DNA from: Oculina patagonica | Lineage: Eukaryota | Length of the DNA: 64,000 bases | Direction of reading: 5' to 3' | Assembly (NCBI RefSeq): GCF_052425735.1 | Contig: NC_135764.1 | Coordinates: 12,400,001-12,464,000, forward strand | Shown: one piece after another, positions 12,348-26,489 of the stretch | Layout of the letters: each line of letters starts with the position of its first letter | How positions within the stretch are numbered: position 1 is the first letter of the stretch | Notes under the pieces: generated by a model | Seen by the model: the letters and a program-made list of their open reading frames with translations, nothing else | Database searches by the model: none | Told to the model about the DNA's origin: nothing | Position numbers and translations under genes: made by a program

Positions 12348-14621
12348 TTACAACACGAGAATCTCTCCTTTCCGGACACTGTCATCATTATTACCACAGT
12401 CATGATTAACTAATATGGCAATACGGCCCTTTGTGGTGACTGTCATTCCTGACAAATATGTTTGAGGGGAATCCAGGCGAATGCTGTATACCAATTCGCC
12501 ATATTTTGTGTATATGAACACAACAAATTCGGATTTCGGTTCAAAAATGCGCAAAACATAAACAACATGTTCGTTTGCCGAGTCAAGATTATGATTGAAC
12601 CTTCTGATCGATTGGCTTCTTTCCGAACCAACTGCGAACTGGTATAAGTGGTCTCCATCGACAGTGAAGACGTGAACGCAGAAGTTAACTAAAATCATAA
12701 CATGGCCATTATTGTCAGCAGTAATACTGTTTAAAAAGCCAGGGTTCAAAATGTCCTCTCCAAAGCTGTCAACAAATGATCCATTAGTCTTGTACACTTC
12801 TACAACTGACACACTTCTTCTATTGCGTAATTCAGGTCTCCAGTAGTAACCTAAGACAAAAATATTTTTGCTGCTTTCCTCTGTTGTAAGTGAGACAGCT
12901 CTAAACCTATCCCCCAGATTAAAAAGATACTGAAAGTTGTTATCCTTGTCAAACACATACACGGCACGACACCAATGCGCTTGTTTGAATTCGTTTTGCA
13001 CAGTGACCAGCAAATACACGTTGTCATCTTGGTCAGCAGCAACATCCTCAATATGAAAATCTTCATTTTCATCTTCATCCGAACAAGAGAAACAATTTAA
13101 AAACTTGCCGTTACAATCGAATACTTGCACCTTGTTACTACTTCTGCATCCTACAATAAACTGCTCTTTTTTATTTGAGCACATGCGGCTCGCTGACTTA
13201 AGTTTGTGCTCCTCTTCTCCCTCCTGACCAAACGACCATGGCACAGGGAAGGGCATGTACTAAAACCCGAAACAACGAAACGAAACCACCGAAACGAAAC
13301 GACCGAAACGAGCGAAACCACCGAAACGACCGAAACGAAACCGCCGAAACAACCGAAACGGCCGAAACGAGCGAAACGAGACGAAATCACCGAAACAAGC
13401 AAAACCCATTACAATTATTGAGAGCTAACCGTAAACAGGCTAACCGGAGTGCATAGTAGGCTAACCTAAGTGAAACGTAGGCTAACCGGAGTGTGTAGTA
13501 GGCTAACAGGAGTGTATAGTAGGCTAACCGGGGTTTATAGTAGGCTAATCAGAGTGTATAGTAGGCTAAACGGGGTGTATAGTACGGTAAGTGGCGAAAA
13601 TCTTGAAGTTTTGCTTGTTTCGGTGATTTCGTTTCGTTTCGCTCGTTTCGGCCGTTTCGGTTGTTTCGGCGGTTTCGTTTCGCTCGTTTCGGTGGTTTCG
13701 GTCGTTTCGTTTCGGTGGTTTCGTTTCGTTGTTTCGGGTTTTAGTATATGCCACAGGGAAGTGGCCCATGTATTGTGTGAACTGTGTCACTCTAGCGTCA
13801 CGCAAAGGATCCAGCTTTTCCGTCCCGATGTCAACACAAGGCCAGATCAAGAGCCCTTTGTTGCTTAAGTCAACCATTTGCATGACATCGTAAATGGCGT
13901 GATTAATGTGGCAGACAATGGCGACAATTTCTTTTTGTTCATCGCTTTTAAACCAAGACTTTAACCAAGACTTAAAGCCTTTCGTCTCCTCAGCTATCTC
14001 AGCCGTAAAACACTTCTGGACCGATGGAAGGGTGTGAAGCTCTTCAAGACACACTCTGCAGGCCGCTAATGCGTTCGCAGGATTGTTTATTTTCTCTAGT
14101 ATTGTCCCCATAACACGTAGGGTCATAGCAAGGATGCGATCAGACTTGTTTAGGGCTTCATTGCCGAACGCTTCTGTTGCTTTCCTTCGGGCATCCTTGA
14201 ATCTCTCTTTCGCGTCCAAAAGTGCTTCTCTTGCTGACTCTTCCAAAACGGTTAGTCTCAAACCGCTCAGTTCTTTGGTAAGGGAAACTGTCTTTACGCT
14301 TCCAGCTGCTGTCGATTGCAAGTTTACCTCTACGTTGTCGCCTTTCGTTAATGCTGTGCTGTTTTCTTCGTGGCTTGAGTTCTCAAACACGTCATACAAA
14401 GTAACAATGCCTTCCTTAAAAAAGCTGATACTCGCAAGAAGATCTTTTCTTGATATTCCATCCAACTTTGACTTGATATCGTCGATTTCACGGACTATCA
14501 AGCTACGAAATTTCTCGTCCGTTAAATCGCCTTCTTTTAGTTTCTTTGCCGCCCAGTCTCGGCCTTTATTAACGAGCAGCCCGACAGTTGCCTCAAAAAC
14601 TGCTTTTACAATCGAAGACAT
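12348..14621 (-). pseudogene. Helical N-terminal domain plus NHL-like beta-propeller protein (587 aa when repaired), interrupted by a MITE
   Basis: ORFs 13566-14621 and 12348-13256 join in frame (..MGHFPVPWSFGQEG..) after removing 13252-13752 and one TSD copy. The C-terminal half has NHL-type blades (VQVFDCNGKFLNCF, VEVYKTNGSFVDSFG, VHVFTVDGDHLYQF). An acceptor ttgcag at ~14662 lies in the 5' UTR. Confidence 0.85.
13252..13752. mobile_element. Mutator-like MITE, 501 bp
   Basis: 9-bp TSD ACAGGGAAG (13243-13251, 13753-13761), ~150-bp TIRs starting ggcat(g/a)tactaaaacccgaaac and built of GAAAC units, and a central 21-bp tandem repeat taggctaaccggagtgtatag. Confidence 0.9.
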
Positions 14622-15014
14622 AGTGCTTTTGATGGACTTCTAATGGCGAGAGAACGTCGATCTGCAATTATAAACTAAAGGGAATTTTGATTGCGCATGA
14701 AGGGTTTTTTAAACTCCTGTCTGGTATGTGAAAACATAGCCATCATGCTGTAATGAGATATAAATAGATCCCATTCAGGGTTTAACAACATGTTATCCAT
14801 GAGATAAGCCTGCGATGAAAGATTTTATGACAAGCCCAAAGATCGTCTGGGAATGTAAATACTCTGACATGGGTTTCAGTGCCCCTTGACTAAAATTACG
14901 CGGGTTTCTCTTACCTTCTTCAACGGACAATATATATTGTTTTTTACATTGGAAAGTTACAAAGATGTAACGTCGGCGTTCTTATATGAATTTCTCCCTT
15001 ATTTGGAAAATTAA

Positions 15015-18000
15015 GAGGGCGTCCGTCTTACAACGGATAAGGCACTTTTCGGACCTTCACCGATTTCCCTGATTTTTTCAGTGAAAGTCGACAATTATAT
15101 CCCAGTAACAAATATCACATTTATTTGGATAAATTCGATATTTTATATTTTTTGCGAGGCGATTTTCAAAGTCACCTCAAAACCATGCAATTCGCCATTG
15201 GAGACTCCGTAAACTTGCTATAAATGACGGTCGCTGCCAAAAATTTATTACTCAATTCAACGAGCTGATTATTTTACATATTGAAGTTTCATCTTCCCTC
15301 GATAGTGTAGAGGTTTAATAATTGAAATCTATTTAAGTCTCGTTAAGTTATGATTTTTTTAATTTGACTCCCAACAAACTCCGGAATGTGCAAAGCGTGA
15401 CATGCCTGTAGTTGAAAGCCATTTTCTCGAATGTGGGACCTGATCTAGAATCGTGTCTATTGTAACTCAAAAGTACTAACACCATTATAGAAAAGTATGA
15501 AATAAAATTTGTGGGCACTCTTTACTGCGCGCCGTACAGAGCTCCACGAATTTCCCAAATATTCGCCATTTTGATCCAAAACAAAGAAAACGCTTGAGCG
15601 ACCGATAAACCAATTCCAGAACCGTGAATGTTTGGAGATGTGTTAAATACTGCTAGAAGTCAGACTGTAAATGTAAAATATTTTTCTTTCGCAGTTCCAA
15701 CCGTTTTAGCCGATTTCTCGGTATTTTCAACGCTCACAGCAATAAATATATCACTTCGATCAATATGCAAATTTCGGCATAAGCCCGTGTTGTCACGGAA
15801 CATCTGTATACCGCAACAATTTGCCTAAATCGTTTTCCAAAGCAAAGATTTCCTTCTTACCTGGCCGGGCGATAAATATATCTTATTAACCACGCGCGAG
15901 GGCCGTACTGGGCGAATATTGGCCCGAGGTCTTGACAGTACGGATCGAGCGCAGCGAGGTCCGTACAAAAAGACCGAGGGCCAATATTCGCCCAGTACGG
16001 TCCCGAGCAAGCTTGGTTAATAAGAGATTTATTACACGACTGGAAACTTTGTGTAGTGAGAATTGCTACCCAGTAGATGTCGTGGAAAACAATATGTGGC
16101 AAAACGTTTACGCACGCTTAAGAAGTTATAATTATTTCTGTGTAAGCCGGGTCATTTTATTTTCAAAGCAATAAAAACTCGAAAAATCTTTTGCAAAAAA
16201 CAAATAAATCTTGCAAAAATCTTGCGTTAAATCGCCCGGGGATTAGCGCGGGATCATCCGGGACAAAACCCGGTCCGATACTTGGAAAATATCGGCCCTC
16301 GCGGGACCGGAAATAAAGTAATCTGATTGGCTGATTTAGTTATTGGCCCTCGGACCGCCTTAGTCGTGTAATAAGATTCTTTAGGCTTCTATGTAGAAGC
16401 TTTCTTTTTGTTTGTGGCTGTAGAGAAGCTGTTTTCATTTCCCACGGTGCGATGAAACAGTGTTTGTTTTGCCGCAAGACTGACTTGTTCATTTCAGTCT
16501 AATTCAATTAAAGCCTTGTTTGTCAAACCCCTGTCGGCCCCTTTTTTTGTTTTTCTCTTTGCAAACCTTTTAAAAAACAGTGTAAGCTTCTGAGTATGTT
16601 TTTTCATTCCTAAAAGGGTTTTTATTTGCTTGGCTTTTTTTCGGAGGGATTTATTCGAAAAAATTACATTCCAGTCTGGTCTTGTGGAAACAAGAGAAAT
16701 CCCTGATTTGCGTCGCACAACTTTGTTTGCATATCAGAACAGTGTTTTGTGAAAACTATCGGACTCCAATGAGGCAAAGCAAGTTCTACAATTATCTTAT
16801 AAACATCAATAGTCTTTGAAGCATTGTATACATAGAATAAAAATAATTGGGATAACTCAATGTTTGTTCTTCCCAACTTAGGGAAATGGTCAAAACTATT
16901 GTACTCAGACAGGACCCACCAGTCTGCAAAAGGACAGGTGGTCTCTTCATGTACCCCTCCCTTACCCACTTTTAAAGATAGTGTCTTGTTTGTATAGCCT
17001 CCACTCTATCAGGAGTAGAAACTAAGAAAAAGATTCAAACATCTCTGTGCCATTTCTCCAGCAATGCAAGCTTCATGCACACCAAATATGAAAATCTCAA
17101 CTTGAATTTTAAGGCCAATAAATTTTGTCCATTTGGCTTATCAGACAGGTGGTGTCTTGCATAGCCCCCCTACCCCTACACAAGGTGGGTCCTCGTCGAG
17201 TACACTTGTTTTGTCCACTTCCCTTACTTGTTTGTTTCAATCTAATTCAATTAAAACCGATTAATTAATGTTCGCGATTTTGTCTAATTTCGAGAAAATC
17301 CTTACGCGTCTTTTCTGCACGAAATGGCAGCTATTGCATCCAATTGCTTTCTTTACGAGATATTACAGACTCCGTGTGGATCTAGTAGGAATGAGGAGAG
17401 TCATGTGTTGCTCTCTGAGTGCAACTCGGATATTTCAGCTCATTTGTCGAGCTGCCACTTATCGAAATGTGGCGATGTTACGGAAGCCGAACTAATCATG
17501 GCGAGAGCGTGACGTTACCAACGGCTGTGAAGTAGACTGAGTGCGGGTTTGACCATTACAAGGTGTGGTCGATGTTTTTTTTGCAAAAAAAGCGTTAAAC
17601 TATCGCGCTAAATTTGAGTGAAATATATCACCCCGGGAGGGGGGGGGGGGGGGTACTTTAAAAAAATTTATACGGGAAGGCTTCGCCCGAGCTCTAACCC
17701 CTGCCCTTTTATAAACGATTTTGACAGAAATCATTCCCCTTTTGTATACCGTTTACTGAAAAAAGGTACCCCTTTCATATACCTGAAAGACATGGTTTAG
17801 ACTTAAGACACGACGTTTTCTTGTATATGGTCTAATTAACGTCCACTCTCAAATAAACGAACAACCTCGTATCTTGTAAACACCTCCCTTGAGGTGTTAA
17901 GTCTATAGATGCCCCCCACCCCCCCCCCCCAAAAAAAAATAAATAAAAAAATAAAAAATATGAATCGCCTCAAAAACCAGGGAAACGCTCCACAGCGTAA

Positions 18001-21000
18001 CATCACGCAATATTTTTTTTTTTGCTTGACTCGGACATCGAAAAGGCAAACAATGCCAACATGGTTAACCCTAATGGCGCTGAAGACATCAGCATCGTAC
18101 TATGAATGCAACTACCAAAAAGGAAAGAGACGAGCAGAACGATCGTTTATTTGGCAGAGAAGAATGGCTGATCATGAGCCAAGTGCAGGGCTTCTTCTCC
18201 CGCCGTGCAGCGGCTAGACGAAGAAAGCAGGAACCAGAAAAATTCGACCTGAGTCCCAGGGAGTTATTGCTAGAGGAAAAAGAAGTTGATAGACAACAAC
18301 TTGTTGAAGAAGTAGTGAACGAACTGAGGCCGCAGCACCCACTGTCGTACGACGCATTCAACCTGTGCGAGTGTGTGAGAGAACATAAACTGGACAAATT
18401 TAACGTGCCAATGCTCAAAGAAATCTTACGCCATTTTGAGGTCCAATTCAAATCGAAAGACAAAAAAAAAAGAAAGACCTGATTGAACAACTAAGGTTGT
18501 TCAAGATTGAAAAAGAATGAATATAAAGGGATAAACAAGTCACTAACCTTGCAAAGAAACATTCATTAGTACATAAGGTTAAACGTAGTAAATGCCGTTA
18601 ATATTACAATCCTCTTTTCACGAAAAACAGTTTTCTGTTATTGACCCCGCAGGGCTTTCGCCCAGAGACGAAAGCCCGAGGAGGCATTCATTGTAGCTTG
18701 CGCGTATATATAGAGAATGCACTTACAGTCCGAATATACGACCGGTATGTATACTAGAAAAAACGATCTCGATTTGCTCGAACAAGGCCGCAAGGAATCT
18801 CTGAGTAATGATAATGTTTTGCCGCAAGGGATTCCTGGGTATTATGATGTCACGATAACAGGGGGTAGCGGTAAATAAAAATCCCTATCTTGGGTTAGAA
18901 CGGTATTAAAAAGACTGACCCGCGTTTTGGTATTTGTCACACGTTGATTACTCCGATGTTTGGCTTACGCGTGTTCACAGATTTGTTCGAGCGGTTTCTC
19001 TGCTTTGGTTGTGTTTAGTGATATTTGATGCAGTTGTGAGTAATACGTCGAAAGATTTTGAGCAATTGGTTTCGTGTTCTTGGCTAGGTGTGTTCCAAGA
19101 GCTGGTTCAAGCGTTAAGGTTTGCTCTCGGGGGTAATTCGTTTAGCTAACAAACTGTCAGATTATTTGATCCAAAAATTGGTTTGAAAAAGGATCAAAAA
19201 TTGTTTTCTCGAATCTTTGAATGTGCCATATTTTGAACTGGAAATCATTGTAAGTTTAATAATTGTGAATGTTATAAGCCCGGGATAATAATGTGTTATG
19301 TGTTATTTCCGCTAGGTGTTATTTCCGCGTGCTAGGTAATATATTCGACTTTAACTTGTGAATATTTTTGGGACGCAATGGTGTCCCACAACAAGAAATT
19401 CCGCAGCAAACAGATCAAACAATGTCTTGACGTACATGGCACAGTAAAAAAGAAGCCTAATTTTAAAGGCGACAAAAAGACTCCACTAATCCAAGATTAT
19501 TGCTGTAAACAAATTATAAAAAGGCGGGGCAGCTTTATAGTGGGAACTAATACTAGTCAAGACTTGATGAGTTAATGGACAAATGTATAAATGCGGGTTC
19601 TTTCATATTTGTTATGTTCATGTTGTCGAAAAAACATATTTCGTAGCAGGGCTCGCGACTCCCTTCAATTACCGATAGTAATAGAATACGAAATGCACAT
19701 TTGTGTTACTGTTTATTTTCTTGTTTTAGAGACACTTTAATGCCCCGCCCACTAATTATGACAGATAAATTAATAACCATTATCTTATTAAAATCAAATC
19801 AATACAATGACTTCCAATTATAAGGCCCCGACTGTTGGTGTTTTTACTTTTATGTCTCGAATACTTCAGAGACTTTTGATGTTCATCAAATAACTGTTTA
19901 TTACTTTTTGTTTATGAGAAAGGGCTAGAAGGGGGTAAAATGAGAAATAGGATTGGGCAAATTGTTGCCTGGAAAATGGAATTTGGGTCACTGGGACTGG
20001 TAATCACAAGTAAAAACCAATAGATAGAACTGGGATTTGGATTTGGAAAATACGGGAAAACAATAGGCTAGGGCTTTACCCTAATCCCCCCCCTCGCCTC
20101 CCTCTATCAGGAACACGATATGAAATTTGCGAGTCTTGACAAGACAAGGAGCATATTCGACACCCTCGACAGCAAAGTTTTAACTCAATACAAGAAGGGC
20201 ATTTTTTGGAACGTTAATTTTCTGGAAAAAGTCCCCTCGAAAAGGCCAAGCGAAAACAAAAACCCGGGTTTTGACAAACTAGGCAGCCTGGCCGGTTTTA
20301 ATTGAATTAGACTGAAACGAACAAGTCAGTCTTGCGGCAAAACAAACACTGTTTCATCGCAGCGTGGGAAATGAAAACAGCTTCTCTACAGCCACAAACA
20401 AAGAGAAAGCTTCTACATAGAAGCCTAAAGAATCTTATCGCCCGGCCAGGTAAGAAGGAAATCTTTGCTTTGGAAAACGATTTAGGCAAATTGTTGCGGT
20501 ATACAGATGTTCCGTGACAACACGGGCTTATGCCGAAATTTGCATATTGATCGAAGTGATATATTTATTGCTGTGAGCGTTGAAAATACCGAGAAATCGG
20601 CTAAAACGGTTGGAACTGCGAAAGAAAAATATTTTACATTTACAGTCTGACTTCTAGCAGTATTTAACACATCTCCAAACATTCACGGTTCTGGAATTGG
20701 TTTATCGGTCGCTCAAGCGTTTTCTTTGTTTTGGATCAAAATGGCGAATATTTGGGAAATTCGTGGAGCTCTGTACTGCGCGCAGTAAAGAGTGCCCACA
20801 AATTTTATTTCATACTTTTCTATAATGGTGTTAGTACTTTTGAGTTACAATAGACACGATTCTAGATCAGGTCCCACATTCGAGAAAATGGCTTTCAACT
20901 ACAGGCATGTCACGCTTTGCACATTCCGGAGTTTGTTGGGAGTCAAATTAAAAAAATCATAACTTAACGAGACTTAAATAGATTTCAATTATTAAACCTC

Positions 21001-21295
21001 TACACTATCGAGGGAAGATGAAACTTCAATATGTAAAATAATCAGCTCGTTGAATTGAGTAATAAATTTTTGGCAGCGACCGTCATTTATAGCAAGTTTA
21101 CGGAGTCTCCAATGGCGAATTGCATGGTTTTGAGGTGACTTTGAAAATCGCCTCGCAAAAAATATAAAATATCGAATTTATCCAAATAAATGTGATATTT
21201 GTTACTGGGATATAATTGTCGACTTTCACTGAAAAAATCAGGGAAATCGGCGAAGGTCCGAAAAGTGCCTTATCCGTTGTAAGACGGACGCCCTC
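15015..21295 (+). mobile_element. Internally deleted Sola3-like DNA transposon with ~1-kb TIRs
   Basis: TTAA|GAGGGCGTCCG ... CGGACGCCCTC|TTAA. TIR arms 15015-~16512 (with insert) and ~20297-21295 are almost identical. Internal ORF remnants at 17324-17512 and 18102-18482 (RLFGREEWL..QVQGFFSR). GAG/CTC ends, TTAA TSD and long TIRs match Sola3. The element is clear; the superfamily is less certain. Confidence 0.75.
15876..16374. mobile_element. 499-bp non-autonomous element (possibly Crypton-type) inserted in the left TIR
   Basis: Absent from the right TIR (gggcgataa|gattct), flanked by ATAA, with an internal inverted repeat cttattaacc..cgtactgggcgaatattggccc / gggccaatattcgcccagtacg..ggttaataag. 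Confidence 0.7.
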
Positions 21296-24200
21296 TTAAA
21301 GATTATAATCTGATGCCCACGAATTACTCAAATAAAACTTGTTCACGCTATATACTTTCCCGTTAGTCCCGCTCACAGAGAGCGAAACTCCGAAACGCGA
21401 GAGCTCGACAAAGACGTCAATTAGTTGCCATAATCAAACGTTCTCTATTCTTGATGACGCGAAATAATGACTTTGGGTAAATTCTCAGCTCCGACTATTG
21501 CATTTCTAGCTCTCTGATTGGCCCAAAACTCCGACTATTTAACAATTAGATGGCAAGTTCGAGGTTTCTACCGACTGATAGTGGGCGAGGGGCAAAGCCC
21601 CGAGCCAACTTTCAAAAACCGGTAGAAACCGAGAGCGAGCCGTCAAATTGTTTTAGCATAACCCAATGGCTAATGTATTTAACACACGGGAAAGTTGATA
21701 TTTGAAGGATTTGTTCAAAAATACAATATAGATAAGATATAATTGTTTTGGCCACTTTGCTTAGGAACATGAGTTAAAACTCAAAGGTTATCCTAAAGTA
21801 GCAGAAAGGTATCTGAAAAGTTGTTAAAACTCTTCTAAGGAGATCTTCCTTAAATTTCCGTAAGCCTTTACAACAGTTTTTCGTTGATCATGAGGGCAAA
21901 AACTACTTTTTAGGACTGAGAATGGGTTAAACTTGCGTCCTTCGCTTCTTGCGACTCAAAAAGAGTCGCTCAAACGAGTCGAAACAAACGCTACCAAACT
22001 TTCTGAGTTTTCTTAAAATTTATCTTGCAATAATTTGATAGGGTTGGATGGTGTGTCAGGAACTTGACATCACCATGGCAACGGCATTTTGACAGGCATG
22101 TTTTCCCAAATTTGTAATTTTGCGTGTTTCTATTAATAAAAACCGACTTTAATACAATTATTTTTACATTTTACGGTTTTAAAGTACATTTTTAAGCGAA
22201 TTTATATGGAATATTAATGCCAATTTATGTGTAATATAAATTTAAGTTAATGCCACAACCATGAACGTGAGATCAGAGAAGTAAAAAGAGCACCCCAGTC
22301 AAATATACAGATCTGTCACGCAATAGGCTGCAAGACTAACACTCTTGCGTTACATTCAAAGGTCAAGTCGCTTCTGTACCAGTATGATGAGCAATTTCGG
22401 GCTGGCCAACCATATTGCCCCTATTCTATCATGTCAATCAAGACCATGCGGTTTCATCTAGACATCATTAATTTTACTTCAAATTCTGTGAGCTCTAAAA
22501 TGGTTCTGACAATAATTATCGCTGTGATATCCTTCGATTATTTTTTGCTTCAACATCGCTCTATCAGTACTTTAAATGATCCTGGTTTCTGCCAACGAAC
22601 TACGTTCCAGTTTTACACATTGTATTCCGTTGTACGATGATAAATATTCCGCTGATGCGTTGTCGAAGGCTTCGTGTTGATGAATGCAGCCGGCGATCCA
22701 GCACTACTCTCAACAGGTATTCGGTCCAGCAACTGAGGAACTTATGCACACACAGAACAGATTGACTCTACCGGAATATGGCCACTCTCTCGACTCGGCT
22801 TCAAGGTCCTGTGGTCTCCAAACCGCGGCTAAAACCGACAGTACAGCAAAAGCATGAACCTAGCTCACAAGAACACAATTTGTATGGTGTTGGGAGACAA
22901 CGTGCCTTCGTTTACCCGAGGCTATGTGATTAATGACTTATCAAAACAAGACAATTCTCTCAACTGGAAAATGCTACTCTCTTGTCAAGCCGGAGAACAG
23001 TCAACAAGAGTCAAGGCCGTCGTGAATGTCTTTCAAGCCTTCTTTCCCGCCGAAAGTGGTCAGTGAAAACTTTGACATGTACAAGCGATCCGGATTTCTC
23101 TAGAGTTAACCTTTGGCCAAGTGCAATCGAGGAGCTTTCTGAAAGCTAAGTGTAAATATTTATTAGCCGATTCTATTTTTCTTACACCGGCGATAAATGA
23201 GTTTTCAATATGGAAACTGAAGAAACTTCGAGCAATTTGCAGGCTGTCGTTTCCACGATTTAGCAATCGTAAAGGGCTGGAAATTACAAGATCTCGGTGG
23301 TCAATTAGCTATTGTTATCTTCTGTAATGTTCGAAGTCATGTCTTAATACCTGAGTAGACGAGACATCTTTGATAATTTGGCTGCTCAAAGTTGAGGAAG
23401 AGTGACCTAAAATTAGCTTTCCTGGAGGCTGGGGTGGTGTTCTTTCGTCCCTTGTCACTGAGGTCAAAATAGGACAAATTTAAGCTTAATTCAAAGCTAA
23501 GGAAGCTTTTCAGCTTAAAGAATATTTAGCCTACTTAATGAGGATTCTGAAAAAGTAAACAGTTTCATTTAATACAAGAATTCGAGGAATTTAAGGGTGC
23601 CGATGTGACTGGCATTTTAACAAAAATCGGTTATAATTGAAAGGGGATTTGAACAATTGTAGCCAGAATTTGATCCTAGACATAAAATACAATAACAAAA
23701 ATTTCTTACGTGAGTACGTCATAGTAAGTAAAAAGTGATAATTTCAGGATCAAAGCTTGATTTGTAGTGAATACATTACTTTGTCACGCAAGGAACATCG
23801 AACATCTCATGACGTACTCGTAATAACACGTATTTGAAGCCTGCCGAGTCTAGTAGCAGAAGGATAAATCATAAGGAGCTATTCTACATGTATCTACAAT
23901 GAATGCATCCTAGAGTCACAAGCATCCAAATTAATCAAATACGCCATATTTTTTCGCAACTTCTTCCCTGATTGATTCTTGCGTGAGTTCTGCCTTACCG
24001 CCATGTTTTTTTTTTCAAGCCAGCAATGTGCAATTCCAGCAGTAAATAACAAAATTTTGCTCTATATAAGGTATTTCTTCCCTTAAAAGAGAGTCCATTT
24101 ACCTGCGAAACCAATCAGAAATGCCAGCATAAACAATGGTACCTTTCCTTGGCAACAGATGTCCTGGAGTGCAAGGTCAATATATTTATATATATAAATA

Positions 24201-25184
24201 ATTTTATTCATGTTGCAAATATATGTTTTTTCTGCAAAATAGATAGGAACCATGGTTTTAAACGATGAAATGAAGCTTCCACATATATTTGTGAACTCTG
24301 AGTGTAATTTGCGATGGACAAGATTAAAATTTCTGCAGCCTGTAAGAAGAAGCCGTATGCGATAACATCAGACAATGGCTGGCATTTTTTGATGTCACAT
24401 GGCCCAGATTGCATTGCTCTGTCTTCGTGCAAACAATATATTTCAGTACACTTGCAATGGTACCGGTATTAAATAAGAGAAAGGTACCTTGTCATCTTCC
24501 TTTTAAACTAGTGCGAGTAAGATGTCTAAAAGGGAAAGTCCACCAATGTAATTAGTTCGCAGTTGAAACTGGAGATCCTGCACTTTCCAAATAGCCTGCT
24601 ATGGGGATTGTTTTAGTAAACTGCAATGCTACAATTTGAGCCATTTGTTGTGGTAAATTCACCTTGAAGACAAAACTCCAGTTGTTTATATTTTGCTAAA
24701 TAGAAATACATCTGAGCAAAAAAAAAAAAACAAAAAAAAAAACAACAACAACAACAATTTTTTTTTTTTTTTTGCAGATCTATTTTGTGGTATAACAATA
24801 TTTCAAGCTGCTTAATATTGAACCGATTTGTTAAGGGTCACTTTAGCCTCCAGGAATACCTTAAATGTTTCTACACTCTGGTCACTCCTAAGCATCTAAA
24901 CTTCTCAATTGGAAATAAGCACTCTTTGAATTCTTGCCAAGTCATTCAAAAGGAATGATGATGATAATTGAATAGTCTTGTATTTACATATCTACTCATA
25001 TACTTGTATAGACGTAAAGATATAAAGCTATTTTATATTGCATGCTGTTCGTCTATGGGGAATACACTTCGTGTATTTGTGGGGTGAAGTGCTCCATACA
25101 ATTCGCCCTTTTGCCCCATAGCCTCACAGGGTCAGCTTTCCCTGTAGAGTGGGCCCCCAGTGTTGCTGTTGTTGGCTGTTGTAT

Positions 25185-25580
25185 TTGTTCCCAAGGGTCC
25201 TGGAGATTAGGACCCCAGTTTCTTGGGAACCAGGGAATGTGGTTGTGTTTGTTCCCAAGAGTCTTAGTACCCCAGTTTCTTGGGAACCAGGGAATGTGGT
25301 TGCGTTTGTTCCCAAGGGTCTTAGGACCCCAGTTTCTTGGGAACTGTTCCCAAGGGTTTTAGGACCCCAGTTGCTTGGGAACCAGGGAATGTGGTTGTGT
25401 TTGTTCCCAAGGGTCTTAGGACCCCAGTTGCTTGGGAACCAGAAATGTGGTTGTGTTTGTTCCCAAGGGTCTTTGGACCCCAGTTGCTTGGGAACCAGGG
25501 AGTGTTGTTGTGTTTGTTCCCAAGGGTCTTAGGACCCCAGTTGCTTGGGAACCAGGGAATGTTGTTGTGTTTGTTCCCAA
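25185..25580. repeat. ~57-bp minisatellite, about 7 units, each with an internal inverted repeat
   Basis: Unit gttcccaagggtcttaggaccccagttgcttgggaaccagggaatgtggttgtgttt; ttcccaag/cttgggaa can pair. Confidence 0.9.
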
Positions 25581-26489
25581 CCTCTCATTGCCAACCAACT
25601 TACCTGTGATACCCTGCATGATTCCTATTGGCAACTCGAGCACTTCACCCCTTACCCCATTTCTTCCATTGAACTTGTTGTCTTGTTTTCATGTCATGGG
25701 TTGGGAGCATTAATTGATTTTCAATACTTTGCAGTAATTTTGGGTGATTTTCTGGCGTTTTGGAAAATTTTTGAAATCCAAGATGGCGGATCCAAGATGG
25801 CGGCTGTTTTGACATCATGATGTTATTGTCACGTGATGTGACGTCACCATCCCACGTGACGTATACCAAAAGAAAGATGTCTGGACATACAATACATCCT
25901 ATACGTTTCATTGTGATCCCCCCGGTCAGAGAAGGTCCAAAAAAGCCTGATCTGAATAGAGTTAATGGGTGAATGTGTCTCAGTTTAAATAAATTCAAAT
26001 TGCCGTGCCATATCTTGTAAAATATTTCTGTAGTTATTTTTGGCTAATAAGCTTTTAAGTGAAATTTCAAGTGCTAGGAGAGAGTATCGACGATAACTGC
26101 TTTGATCACAGACGTGCGCAGTTTCACATATAAATCGTTGTTTTTTTTTTTCTTATAGCTTCCAGCTTTTTCAAAAGATAATTTATTGACACCACAAATA
26201 AAGTTTTCGTAAGCTACTTTGTCTGAATGGCAATTTCGCTACCATGAGTTCAGTGCTCATTTGATCAATTATGCCAAAATGTTCTCAATTTTTCACAATG
26301 TTTACCACCAACTGCTTTTAAGATGCCAAAAGCAAATTTGACTTAATTAAAGAGTTTTTAAACTGGTGTTTGTTTTTATTTGTTATTGCATAAGCAATCA
26401 CAGCTTTTAAAACAATACGGCATGGGTTTCCTTTAAGTTTACATTAAACATCCTGTTTACCACCACTTTCCCACAACAGTCTTGTTATT

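Noticed and set aside
13252-13752. MITE acting as a self-removing intron (introner)
   Set aside because: There is no suitably placed AG acceptor at the element end on the coding strand, and only a weak GT.
13151-13868. Repetitive ORFs such as ETTETSETT and RFGRFG
   Set aside because: Translations of the GAAAC-repeat TIRs of the MITE.
15628-20682. Two identical 66-aa ORFs in opposite orientation
   Set aside because: A by-product of the transposon TIRs, with no coding features.
25185-25580. CRISPR-like array of palindromic repeats
   Set aside because: There are no unique spacers or cas genes and the context is eukaryotic; it is a plain tandem repeat.
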